Assembly (NCBI GenBank): GCA_964358485.1 | Contig: CAYHPY010000004.1 | Span: forward strand, 10,796 to 74,795 | DNA: 64,000 nucleotides | From: an uncultured Elusimicrobia bacterium | GTDB taxonomy: Bacteria; Elusimicrobiota; Elusimicrobia; UBA1565; UBA9628 | Direction of reading: 5' to 3' | Part shown: positions 46,699-55,199 of the stretch, one piece after another | How the letters are laid out: every line of letters starts with the position of its first letter | How positions within the stretch are numbered: position 1 is the stretch's first letter | The notes under the pieces: generated by a model | The model's database searches: none | The model's input: the letters and a program-made list of their open reading frames with translations, nothing else | Told to the model about the DNA's origin: nothing | Made by a program: the position numbers and the translations under genes

Positions 46699-47273
46699 AG
46701 AAACCGGGTCGGACGGCCCCGGACGACGAGCTCGCGGGCAATGTCCGCGCCCTGATCCTCGGCATCGGCGAAAATCCCGAGAGGGAGGGCCTGCTCAAGA
46801 CCCCGCACCGCGTGGCCAAGTCCCTCAAGGAGCTGACCAGCGGCTACGCCGCGGACGTGGACGCCATGATCAACGGCGCCCTGTTCAAGGAAACCTACAA
46901 CGAGATGGTGCTCGTGCGGGACATCACCTTCTATTCCCTCTGCGAGCACCACCTGCTTCCCTTTTTCGGGAAGGCGCACGTGGCGTACATCCCGGAGGGC
47001 AGGATCGTCGGCCTTTCAAAAATCCCGAAACTGGTCGAGATCTTTTCCCGCCGCCTGCAGGTCCAGGAGCGCCTCACCAGCCAGATCGCCGAAACCCTGG
47101 AGCGCAAACTCGCGCCCCGGGGGGTGGGGGTGGTCCTGGAGGCCAGGCACCTCTGCATGGAGATGCGCGGGGCCGAAAGCCTTCACTCGCCGACGGTGAC
47201 CAGCGCCATGATCGGCTGTTTCCAAAAGGACCCGCGGACGCGGAAGGAATTCCTCAGCCTCATCAACCGGTAG
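46695..47273 (+). CDS. folE: GTP cyclohydrolase I
   Basis: An ATGA overlap with pepA. The FolE motifs [22 protein letters not shown] and QVQERLT are present. Confidence 0.93.
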   Translation: MKKPGRTAPDDELAGNVRALILGIGENPEREGLLKTPHRVAKSLKELTSGYAADVDAMINGALFKETYNEMVLVRDITFYSLCEHHLLPFFGKAHVAYIPEGRIVGLSKIPKLVEIFSRRLQVQERLTSQIAETLERKLAPRGVGVVLEARHLCMEMRGAESLHSPTVTSAMIGCFQKDPRTRKEFLSLINR

Positions 47274-47292
47274 CCGAATTTGGCGTGGACGA

Positions 47293-47338
47293 CATTATCA
47301 CCTCCGCGGCGGAGGTGATTTTGTCGTTGAGAACAAAA
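47293..47338. repeat. palindromic repeat copy 1 (hairpin + T-tract; probable folE terminator)
   Basis: ATCACCTCCGCGGCGGAGGTGATTTTGTCGTTGAG lies 20 nt after the folE stop. It is a near-identical copy of 47693..47742. Confidence 0.6.
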
Positions 47339-47692
47339 CCAGGGGAGAGCCGGGGTCGTTGGGGGGAAAAGAAAGCCCCCCACGGCCCATCGTCCCCCCG
47401 CGGGGGGGCTCCGGTGGCGCTCGACCTAACGGCAGGTCGAGCGCTGAAAAAAACACCCGCGAATTTTAACCGAGATTTTCAGGTTTGGCATTACGCCGTG
47501 AGTCATTCACAGCTTCTCCTGCGGAGCGTGAAGGGGAATAAACACAAGACTCGCATCGACGTGCTGTTCAAAGGCGTCGACCTGGTCCATATTCCCACGA
47601 ACTTTTCCGGGCAAGTTTCTCTCGTTCGCTTTGGCTTGGAATGCTCCACCCGCGCATTCGTTCGGGATTTGAACTGAGTAGGCAATGTCTCC

Positions 47693-47742
47693 AACGACAA
47701 AATCACCTCCGCCGCGGAGGTGATTTTGTCGTTGAGGACAAT
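47693..47742. repeat. palindromic repeat copy 2 (perfect ~43-nt palindrome; bidirectional terminator-like)
   Basis: CAACGACAAAATCACCTCCGCCGCGGAGGTGATTTTGTCGTTG lies 14 nt downstream of the CDGSH gene stop on the minus strand. Confidence 0.6.
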
Positions 47743-47755
47743 ACGCGTCGGCCCG

Positions 47756-47998
47756 TCAAAGCGTCCGGTGGGTGCCGTCGCAGTACGGCTTCTTGCCCGA
47801 CCGCCGGCAGCCGCACCAGGCCACCTTCTGGGCTTCCTTGAATTCCACGGGGACCGGGACGATCCCGGTGTTCATGCGCGCGTGGGAACCGTCGCAGTAG
47901 GGCTGCTTCTGGGAATGGCCGCAGGCGCACCAGGCCTTTTTCCCGGCGGGCTCCTCCCGGACGTAGGGGGCCTTCTGATCCATCTTCGGTTCGCTCAT
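47756..47998 (-). CDS. CDGSH iron-sulfur domain protein (two CDGSH motifs)
   Basis: CACGHSQKQPYCDGSH and CGCRRSGKKPYCDGTH. 80 aa. Confidence 0.85.
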   Translation of the reverse strand: MSEPKMDQKAPYVREEPAGKKAWCACGHSQKQPYCDGSHARMNTGIVPVPVEFKEAQKVAWCGCRRSGKKPYCDGTHRTL

Positions 47999-48064
47999 CT
48001 TTTCTCCCGGGGACGCGGCTCCGAACTTGAGCCTCCGCCGGGGTTATTATACAATAGACCCGAC

Positions 48065-48135
48065 GCGGGCGTAGTTCAATGGTAGAATGGGAGCTTCCCA
48101 AGCTCTAGACGTGGGTTCGATTCCCATCGCCCGCT
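48065..48135 (+). tRNA. tRNA-Gly (anticodon CCC)
   Basis: GCGGGCGTAGTTCAATGGTAGAAT...CTTCCCAAG...GGTTCGATTCC...CGCCCGCT folds as a cloverleaf with a 7-bp acceptor stem. It is near-identical to the E. coli tRNA-Gly(CCC) recalled from memory. CCA is not encoded. Confidence 0.9.
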
Positions 48136-48147
48136 CTCGATTTCCCG

Positions 48148-50229
48148 GTGTTCTTTTCCGTCCTCTCGGCTTTTTTCCTCGGCGCGGGCCCCGCCCGCGC
48201 GGCCACTCCCCCAGACGCCCAGGCGTTGATCGCCGAGGGCCATTCCCTTTACCAGCGTGGACGGTCCCGGGACGCCCTCCTGGCCTATCGGCGGGCGGTT
48301 AAATTAGATTCCGAAGCGGTTGCGGGCTGGATCAACGGGGCCGTCCTCTTGGAAGACCTCGGCCAGCCCAAGGAAGCCCGGAAGTGGTGGAGCCGCGCCG
48401 CCTCCCTGACCTCGGACCCCGAGGTGGGCGTTCAGGTCGGCTGGGCGGGCCTGGCAGCGGACGATCTCGCTGGAGCCCGCAAGGCCCTGGAGTCTGCCTT
48501 AGCCCGCGCGCCGGAAGACCCCTTGGCCCTGCTCGGCCTGGCCCGGGTGCGCCTCGGCGGGCCCAAGCCCGACCCGGAAGCGGCCCTGCCCCTGCTCGAT
48601 CGGGCGGCCAGGAACGCCCCCTTGTTGACTTTGATCCCCTTCTGGCAGGGGATCGCCAACGGCAAGTTGGGCCGCAACGGCCCGGAAATCGAGGGCTACC
48701 GGAAGAGCGTCGCGGGGGACTCCTATTTTTTCGAGGGACGGGAGGCCCTGGGGCAGGCTCATCTGCGGGAAAGCCGGTTCAATGAGGCCTGGCGGCAATT
48801 CAGCCGGATTCTGGACGCCGACCCCCGGAACAAGCGATTTCGGGCCTTGATCGAGAAACTCCGTCCGCGTTTGACCAAGAATCCCTCGGAAATCCGCCCC
48901 TCGTCGACGCGGGAAGCCCCGGATTGGGGGCAGGCCGACGAGGGCAAGGGAAGCCTGCCGATTCTCCGCGTGGGAATCGGGACCACCCCCATGGGGCGTC
49001 CCCTGCCCCGGCAATTGGTGACCTTCTCGCCGCGGACTTCGTTCTGGCTGGCCGACGCCCGGACCGGCCGGCGGCTGATTCCCGGCAAGGCCGGGGAAGC
49101 CTGGCAGGCGACGGTCCGGATCGTGAAAAAACGGGCGATGCTGGACATCACGGACCCCTCGGGGAAAAGCCGCCTCCGGCGCCGGGAGTCCGTCCTCATC
49201 CGCCCCGACTCCCCGAACGAGGGCTTCACCGTCCTCAAGGACATCCCCTATGCCCGGGGCTCCCAATGGACCGGAGTCGCCGACAAAGTGGTGCGGGGGG
49301 ACCTGGAACTTTCCCTTTGGGCGGGCGGGCGCTCCCTGCGGCTGGTCAATTGGATCGATCTGGAAAATTACACCCACGGAGTCGTCTCCGCGGAGATGCC
49401 CGTCCAATCCCCCTTGGAGGCCTTGAAAGCCCAGGGCGTCATGGCCCGGGGACACGCGCTCTACATCAAAACCATGACCCGCCGCCACCGCAAGGACGGC
49501 TACGATCTCTGCGACGAACAGCACTGCCAGGTTTACGGCGGAGTCCGCTACGAAAGCGCCAGGTCCCGGGCGGCGGTGGCGGCCACCCGGGGAAAAATCC
49601 TGACATATAAGGGAAGGCCCGCCCACGTCATCTATTCCTCCAACTGCGGGGGCCGCACGCAGAGCGGACGGGACGTGGGCTGGGGGGACGTTCCCTATTG
49701 GGTCGGGATCGTCGATTCTCCCGAGGCGTCCGACGTCCCGCGCGCGCCCTGGGACTTCCGGCGCTGGCTCCAAGCCTCGCCCCAGGCCTATTGCAAGCCT
49801 TCCGCCTATGTCCACTCCTCCCATTTCCGCTGGACGCGGGTCATCCCCGTCAAGGATCTTGAGGACAAGCTCCGCCGCAAGAAAAACCTAGGGCGGCTTT
49901 TGTCGGTCGCGGTCGAGCGCCGTTCGCCGGCGGGCAACGCGCTTGCCCTCAAGCTCACCGGGAGCAAGGGGACCCTGCGCGTCGATTCCGAGCTCAGCAT
50001 CCGCGGCATGCTGGGCACCGGTTCCTTAAGAAGCACCCTGTTTTTCATCCGGCCGGAGGCCGACGCCGCCGGCCGTCTCGAACGCCTCGTGCTCCATGGG
50101 GGGGGCTGGGGCCACGGAGTCGGCCTTTGCCAGTCGGGCGCCATGGGCCGGGCCGAGGCCGGAGAGCCCTTCGAGGCCATCGTCAAGGCTTATTTTCCCG
50201 GGACCGAACTGGGCTCCCTGAAATATTGA
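48148..50229 (+). CDS. TPR-repeat / SpoIID-LytB domain fusion protein
   Basis: A signal peptide is followed by N-terminal TPR-like repeats (AYRRAVKLDSEAVAGWINGA...). The C-terminal SpoIID/LytB domain has SNCGGRT and GHGVGLCQSGA. Confidence 0.75.
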   Translation: MFFSVLSAFFLGAGPARAATPPDAQALIAEGHSLYQRGRSRDALLAYRRAVKLDSEAVAGWINGAVLLEDLGQPKEARKWWSRAASLTSDPEVGVQVGWAGLAADDLAGARKALESALARAPEDPLALLGLARVRLGGPKPDPEAALPLLDRAARNAPLLTLIPFWQGIANGKLGRNGPEIEGYRKSVAGDSYFFEGREALGQAHLRESRFNEAWRQFSRILDADPRNKRFRALIEKLRPRLTKNPSEIRPSSTREAPDWGQADEGKGSLPILRVGIGTTPMGRPLPRQLVTFSPRTSFWLADARTGRRLIPGKAGEAWQATVRIVKKRAMLDITDPSGKSRLRRRESVLIRPDSPNEGFTVLKDIPYARGSQWTGVADKVVRGDLELSLWAGGRSLRLVNWIDLENYTHGVVSAEMPVQSPLEALKAQGVMARGHALYIKTMTRRHRKDGYDLCDEQHCQVYGGVRYESARSRAAVAATRGKILTYKGRPAHVIYSSNCGGRTQSGRDVGWGDVPYWVGIVDSPEASDVPRAPWDFRRWLQASPQAYCKPSAYVHSSHFRWTRVIPVKDLEDKLRRKKNLGRLLSVAVERRSPAGNALALKLTGSKGTLRVDSELSIRGMLGTGSLRSTLFFIRPEADAAGRLERLVLHGGGWGHGVGLCQSGAMGRAEAGEPFEAIVKAYFPGTELGSLKY

Positions 50230-50257
50230 CTTAACAGCGATAAGGTATGATTCGACG

Positions 50258-50911
50258 ATGAGATTCTCGCTGGCGGGCCTGGCGGCGGCGGCGCTTTTGG
50301 CCGGCTGCGCCGGGACCATCCCGCGCCGGGATTATGGACCCGACTCGGGCCTTTCGGCGGTCATTCTCGGGGGAAAAATCATCCTTCCCGCCGGAGAGAG
50401 CCGGGAAGGATCCATCGCCATCAACCTGGAGGGCGACGGCGGCCGGCAAGCGTCCACCTACCGGCTTCCCCTGGAGGTCGGCCGCGCGAAGCTGTTTCTC
50501 ATCGAGCCCGGCGATTACCGCCTCCTTCCGACCCGGTCGATTTTCGGTTTCCGGCGGGATTCCATCTCCGTCGAACTCGAGGGGAGAACCCTTTCGGTTC
50601 CCTTTTCCCGCGAAATCCTCCGCCGCCCCGCGATGACCATCCGTTCCAAAAAGGCCCACTCCCTCGGCGTGCTGGTCATAAAAATCAACACGGCCCTCCC
50701 GGGCCAGCCCGCGTCCATCACCGCCAGCCTCGACGACGGCCCCGCCGCGCGCCGGAGCGCGGTTCAGGAAATCATCCGGGAAATGATGGACCCCAATTCG
50801 ACCGTCGAAGAACGCGAGACCGCGATCCTTTGGGCCAAACCCCTCGACGACATCCTGAGCGCCATCATGGCCGAGCCGGAACGCCGGCCGACTTTCAAGC
50901 CCTCCCCGTGA
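50258..50911 (+). CDS. hypothetical lipoprotein
   Basis: A lipobox (LLAGCAG) is present. No family recognised. Confidence 0.5.
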   Translation: MRFSLAGLAAAALLAGCAGTIPRRDYGPDSGLSAVILGGKIILPAGESREGSIAINLEGDGGRQASTYRLPLEVGRAKLFLIEPGDYRLLPTRSIFGFRRDSISVELEGRTLSVPFSREILRRPAMTIRSKKAHSLGVLVIKINTALPGQPASITASLDDGPAARRSAVQEIIREMMDPNSTVEERETAILWAKPLDDILSAIMAEPERRPTFKPSP

Positions 50912-51699
50912 AACGCGCCGGAATCGACATCGGCGGAACTTGGCTCCGCTGCTCCATCCAGGATTGCGGCACCGGACGCGTGCGCCGCTCCCGCCGCCCG
51001 GCCCCGGCCCCGGGGGCATGGCGAAGGGCCGTAGCCCCCCTGTTGGGACCGGCGCCCCTGAACGCCCTGACCGTCGGCTCCACCGGCGTCTGGACCGCCG
51101 CCCAGCGACGCCGCGCCCGGGAGAGCCTCAAAGGGCTGGCCCGCGCCGTCCGGGTGCTTCCCGACCTCGAACTGGCCCACGCCGCCGCTTTCGCGGGGGG
51201 CTCAGGGGTCCTGGTCCTGGCGGGAACAGGTTCGGTCGCCCTGGCCCAAGGCCGCGACGGAAAACTCCGGCGGGCGGGAGGCTGGGGACCGCTTTTGGGC
51301 GACGAAGGCTCGGCGTTCTGGATCGGAAAACGGGCCCTGGCCGATCCCGCCCTGAGCCGGACGTTGAAGCTTCCTTCTCCCCTGGAGCTGGCCCACGGCG
51401 ATTTTCCCGTCCGCCGGGTCGCCGCCCTAGCCCGCCGGGTGCTGGAAGCCGCCCCGGGAAATCCCCGGGCCGCGCGCTTGGTCCGGGAAGCCGCCGGAAA
51501 GCTCGCGGAGCTGGCCGTCGAGACGGCCGCGGGCCTCTTCCCGGGACGCGGACCCGTGCCCGTCTCCTGGCATGGGGGCGTTATGCAAAACCCATATCTC
51601 CGCGAGCATTTCGCCCTGGCCCTCGGCCGGAGGTTCCCCCGTGCCGCCCTGCGCCCGCCCCTGATGGATCCGGATTTGGCCGGAGCCCTCCTCGTTTAA
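50908..51699 (+). CDS. BadF/BadG/BcrA/BcrD-type ATPase (N-acetylglucosamine-kinase-like)
   Basis: A GTG start overlaps the upstream stop. GIDIGGTWLR is an ASKHA phosphate-1 motif, and VLAGTGSV is also present. Confidence 0.65.
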   Translation: MKRAGIDIGGTWLRCSIQDCGTGRVRRSRRPAPAPGAWRRAVAPLLGPAPLNALTVGSTGVWTAAQRRRARESLKGLARAVRVLPDLELAHAAAFAGGSGVLVLAGTGSVALAQGRDGKLRRAGGWGPLLGDEGSAFWIGKRALADPALSRTLKLPSPLELAHGDFPVRRVAALARRVLEAAPGNPRAARLVREAAGKLAELAVETAAGLFPGRGPVPVSWHGGVMQNPYLREHFALALGRRFPRAALRPPLMDPDLAGALLV

Positions 51700-51711
51700 T
51701 ATACTGTCTTT

Positions 51712-52176
51712 GTGAGAATCGCGCTGGGCGCCGACCACGGCGGCTGGGAACTCAAGGCCCTCCTCGGCCCGGAGCTCGAGAAATGGGGGCACACCGTCCT
51801 CAACCAGGGCGTCGACGGCCCCGCCGCGGCCGATTATCCGGATTACGCCCGCAAGGTCGCCGAAGCCGTGACCCGCGGGGCTGCCGAGCGCGGCATCATG
51901 ATCTGCGGCAGCGGCGTGGGCGCCTGCGTGGCCGCCAACAAGGTCCCCGGAATCCGGGCGGGCCTTTGCCACGACACCTTCTCGGCCCGGCAAGGCGTGG
52001 AGGACGACGACGTCAACGTCCTGTGCCTGGGCGCGCGGGTCGTGGGTTCGGAGCTGGCCAAGGAGATCGTCAAGGCTTGGCTGGCCGCGCGTTTTTCGAA
52101 CGCCGAGCGGCACCTCCGGCGGCGCGACAAAGTCATCGCCATGGAGCGGGAATTCGGCGGGGCGCGGCCGCGATGA
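51712..52176 (+). CDS. rpiB: ribose-5-phosphate isomerase B
   Basis: The RpiB/LacAB signature MRIALGADHGGWELK...MICGSGVGACVAANK is present. Confidence 0.92.
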   Translation: MRIALGADHGGWELKALLGPELEKWGHTVLNQGVDGPAAADYPDYARKVAEAVTRGAAERGIMICGSGVGACVAANKVPGIRAGLCHDTFSARQGVEDDDVNVLCLGARVVGSELAKEIVKAWLAARFSNAERHLRRRDKVIAMEREFGGARPR

Positions 52177-53828
52177 AGACCGATGGTGCCCCAGGCTGGA
52201 CCGCCCTTCAAAACGCGAATTTTTCGGAACGGCTCCGCGGGAAAGATCCGTCCCTCTGGTCCGCCGAAAAGGCGGCCCAGAAATCGATCCGCAACAGCCT
52301 GGGCTGGGTGACGGTCCCCGAGGCCATGGCGGCCGGCCTGGGAACGATCCGTTCCTTCGTCTCCGAGGTTCGCTCCGCCGGCATCCACGACGCGGTCGTG
52401 CTCGGGATGGGGGGCTCGAGCCTGGCCTGCGAGGTCTTCCGCTCAGCCTTTCCCGCCGTCCCCGGAATGCCCCGCCTGCATGTCCTGGACACCATCAGCC
52501 CCGGAGCCGCGGCAAGGCTGGAGCGGGAGTTGGACCTGGCCCGGACCCTGTTCATCGTTTCCAGCAAATCCGGCTCCACCATCGAACCGAACTGCCTCCT
52601 GGCCCATTTCGAAAAGCGCGTCGAACGCCTCCCCGGGCCCTCCGGGGCGCGCTTTTGCGCCATCACCGACCCGGGAACCTCCCTGGAAAAATACGCCCGG
52701 GAACGGAATTTCCGCAAAGTCTTCCTCAATCCCGCCGACATCGGAGGGCGCTATTCCGCCCTTTCTTATTTCGGGCTGGTCCCCGCGGCCCTCATGGGAG
52801 TCGAAATCGAGCGGCTCCTGGATCACGCCCGCCGGGCGATGCGCCAACCCGAGGAAGGCCTGCGCCTGGGAGCGGCCCTCGGCGACGCGGCCCGGGCGGG
52901 ACGAGACAAGCTCAGCCTCTCCACCTCCCCGAAGCTGGCGGCTTTCGGGCTCTGGGTCGAACAGCTCGTCGCCGAATCCACCGGCAAGCAAGGCCGCGGC
53001 ATCCTGCCGGTCCTGGAGACGCCTCCCGAAAATGACCCGGGGGACCGGCTCTTCGTCCGCGTGGCGCTGGAGGCCGACGCCGACCCCGAAGGGAAAAAAC
53101 GATTGTCCGCCCTCCTGGGATCGGCCCCCGCGCCCACGCGCTTTCTCCTTTCCGACCCCCACGAGCTCGGGGCGCAATTTTTCCTTTGGGAGGCGGCGAC
53201 CGCCGCCGCGGGTTATCTGCTCGAGGTCAATCCCTTCGACCAGCCCGACGTCCAAAGCGCCAAGGACCGGACCAACGCCCTTTTGGGAAACCTGGAACGG
53301 GGAAAACTGCCCGCCGACAAGCCTTCGTTCCAAACGGCCGGCATGGCCGCGTTCGCCGATTCCGAGTTGTGCGGGAAATTGGAATCGGCGCCGGACGCTA
53401 CCTTGGACTTGGGCAAGGTCCTCCAGGCCCACTGGGGGCGCCTGAAGGCGGGGGACTACGGAGCGGTGCTTGCCTTCCTGGACCCCGATGCCGAGAATTT
53501 GGGGCTTCTGGAGCAATTGCGCGCGGCCTTGGCCCAAGCCGGGCCGGCGGCCGTCACCTTGGGCATCGGCCCCCGCTATCTGCATTCGACGGGCCAACTG
53601 CACAAAGGGGGCAACGCCCGGGGCGCGTTTTTGCTGATCAACGAGACCTCCCCCGGCCGCCTCGAGGTCCCGGGAAAATCCTTCGATTTCGGAACCCTCC
53701 AGCAGGCCCAGGCGCGGGGGGATTACGAGGCCCTTCGCTCGGCGGGGCGCCGGGTACTCCGGCTGGACCTGGACCGGACCAAGGACGGCCTGCGGGCCCT
53801 GATCAACGCGGCGGGGGGGAAAGGATGA
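52173..53828 (+). CDS. pgi: glucose-6-phosphate isomerase (PGI family)
   Basis: The start MKTDGAPGW is inferred (ATGA overlap with rpiB). The SIS/PGI motifs VVLGMGGSSL and FIVSSKSGSTIE are present. The 5' part of the 962-aa track ORF is read-through. Confidence 0.8.
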   Translation: MKTDGAPGWTALQNANFSERLRGKDPSLWSAEKAAQKSIRNSLGWVTVPEAMAAGLGTIRSFVSEVRSAGIHDAVVLGMGGSSLACEVFRSAFPAVPGMPRLHVLDTISPGAAARLERELDLARTLFIVSSKSGSTIEPNCLLAHFEKRVERLPGPSGARFCAITDPGTSLEKYARERNFRKVFLNPADIGGRYSALSYFGLVPAALMGVEIERLLDHARRAMRQPEEGLRLGAALGDAARAGRDKLSLSTSPKLAAFGLWVEQLVAESTGKQGRGILPVLETPPENDPGDRLFVRVALEADADPEGKKRLSALLGSAPAPTRFLLSDPHELGAQFFLWEAATAAAGYLLEVNPFDQPDVQSAKDRTNALLGNLERGKLPADKPSFQTAGMAAFADSELCGKLESAPDATLDLGKVLQAHWGRLKAGDYGAVLAFLDPDAENLGLLEQLRAALAQAGPAAVTLGIGPRYLHSTGQLHKGGNARGAFLLINETSPGRLEVPGKSFDFGTLQQAQARGDYEALRSAGRRVLRLDLDRTKDGLRALINAAGGKG

Positions 53829-54421
53829 AAGCGGCCGGCCGGAAATTAAGCTCGAAGGAAGTCCTCCGAAGAGCCCGCGCCCTCAAAGCCGTTCTCATGG
53901 ACGTGGACGGGGTCCTGACCAGCGGGATTCTCTATCATTTCGTCGACACCGCCGGCGGCCTGGTGGAGCTCAAGGGCATCCACGCCCAGGATTCGATCTC
54001 CCTGACCTGGCTGGCCGACGCGGGACTCAAGACGGGCTTCATCAGCGGCCGGATTTCCCAGGGGGTGGCCGAGCGGGCCAAGGCCTTGCGGGTCAGCTAC
54101 GTCTACCAGCACCGGCTCGACAAGCTGGTCGTTTTCCGGGAGATCTGCAAGGACGCCGGAATTTCCCCGGAGGAGATCCTCTACATCGGCGACGACCTGC
54201 CCGACATCCCGGTCCTCAAGGCCGCGGGCCTCGGGGTCGCGACGGCCAACGCGCGGCCCGAGACCATCGCGGCCGCGCACCTGGCGACCGCCGTGCCGGG
54301 GGGACAAGGGGCTCTTCGGGAAGTGACGGAGTTCGTCCTTCAGGCCAACGGACATTGGCCCAAGGTCCTCGCGCGCTTTGACGCCGCCGGCCTCGTTGAC
54401 TCTCCGAGGCCTTTGCGGTAG
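53825..54421 (+). CDS. kdsC: HAD-IIIA phosphatase (KdsC-like 3-deoxy-D-manno-octulosonate-8-phosphate phosphatase)
   Basis: The HAD motif LMDVDGVLT and C-terminal GDDLPDIPVL are present. An ATGA overlap with pgi. Confidence 0.75.
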   Translation: MKAAGRKLSSKEVLRRARALKAVLMDVDGVLTSGILYHFVDTAGGLVELKGIHAQDSISLTWLADAGLKTGFISGRISQGVAERAKALRVSYVYQHRLDKLVVFREICKDAGISPEEILYIGDDLPDIPVLKAAGLGVATANARPETIAAAHLATAVPGGQGALREVTEFVLQANGHWPKVLARFDAAGLVDSPRPLR

Positions 54422-54431
54422 AATCAGGCCG

Positions 54432-55082
54432 ATGTTCGACCCTTTCGGCTTGAAGAAAGACCCCGAGGAAGCGCCCGAAAAACCGGCGTCCCCGGCGCCC
54501 GCCCCCGCGGCCGAGCCGACCGGCCCCGCCCCCGGGTTCTCCACGCGGGTCCTGGCGGCGTTTCTGGTTTTCGATTCCCTTTTCGTGATCGTCTTCGGGG
54601 GCGCCTTGGCGGCGAAATTCTACGAGCACCTCAGCGCCCCGGCCCCGGTCCTCAAAGGGGCGCCTCCACCGAAAAAGGCCAAGACTCCGGAACCCCCGGC
54701 GGCCGCGCCCGACGCCCCGCCGCCGGCGCCCGTCGCGCCTTCGGCCCCCAAGCCCGAGCCTCCGGCCGCGGCGCCCAAGGCCCCCGAGCCCCCGCCGCCC
54801 GCGGCGGCCGCCGCCGCGGCCGCCGCGCCGGCCAAGACCAAAGCTTTGCCGGTGGAATTCAAGCTCAAGCAGGCCGGGGCCAAGAAAGTCGAGCTGGCCG
54901 GCGCCTTCATCGTCCGGGGGGGGAAAGCCCCCATGGCTAAAAACGGGGACGGGAGCTGGACGGTGACCTTGTACCTGATCCCCGACACCTACCGCTACAA
55001 TTTCCTCGTCGACGGCAAGAAGATCATCGACCCCCAAAACCCCAATGTCAGCCGGGGGGCGTCGGTGGTCACCATTCCCTAG
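54432..55082 (+). CDS. membrane-anchored Pro/Ala-rich protein with C-terminal AMPK-beta/CBM48-like glycogen-binding domain
   Basis: A TM helix (VLAAFLVFDSLFVIVFGGALAA) is followed by a PA-rich linker. The C-terminal PVEFKLKQAGAKKVELAGAF...DGSWTVTLYLIPDTYRYNFLVDGKKIIDPQNP is an E-set/CBM48 signature. Confidence 0.65.
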   Translation: MFDPFGLKKDPEEAPEKPASPAPAPAAEPTGPAPGFSTRVLAAFLVFDSLFVIVFGGALAAKFYEHLSAPAPVLKGAPPPKKAKTPEPPAAAPDAPPPAPVAPSAPKPEPPAAAPKAPEPPPPAAAAAAAAAPAKTKALPVEFKLKQAGAKKVELAGAFIVRGGKAPMAKNGDGSWTVTLYLIPDTYRYNFLVDGKKIIDPQNPNVSRGASVVTIP

Positions 55083-55199
55083 GCCCTCCCTAGGCCCTCC
55101 CGAAAACGCCCCTTGCCCGGTTATTGATTCTGTAACACGACCCTGGTAAGCTTATTCTCAGCGCCCACCGCTCCCGTCTCAGGGAGCTCCGGGCCATCT

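Noticed and set aside
47285-47677. 130-aa plus-strand ORF and 67-aa minus-strand ORF inside the repeat-bracketed segment
   Set aside because: They begin inside the palindromic repeat, have no RBS and show no family resemblance. Their composition is atypical, so non-coding is more likely.
47339-47692. Possible tmRNA, RNase P RNA, 6S or SRP RNA in the low-GC structured segment
   Set aside because: I checked for the tmRNA tRNA-like ends and resume-codon region, the RNase P conserved GGAAAGUCCGG/ACAGAA boxes and the SRP domain IV motif. None were found. It is left as an unassigned candidate ncRNA or element.
50940-53828. 962-aa ORF suggesting one fused protein spanning BadF, rpiB and pgi
   Set aside because: Only the last ~551 aa carry PGI motifs. 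The N-terminal portion is an alternate frame over genes with clear motifs in other frames. The true start is inferred at ATG 52173.
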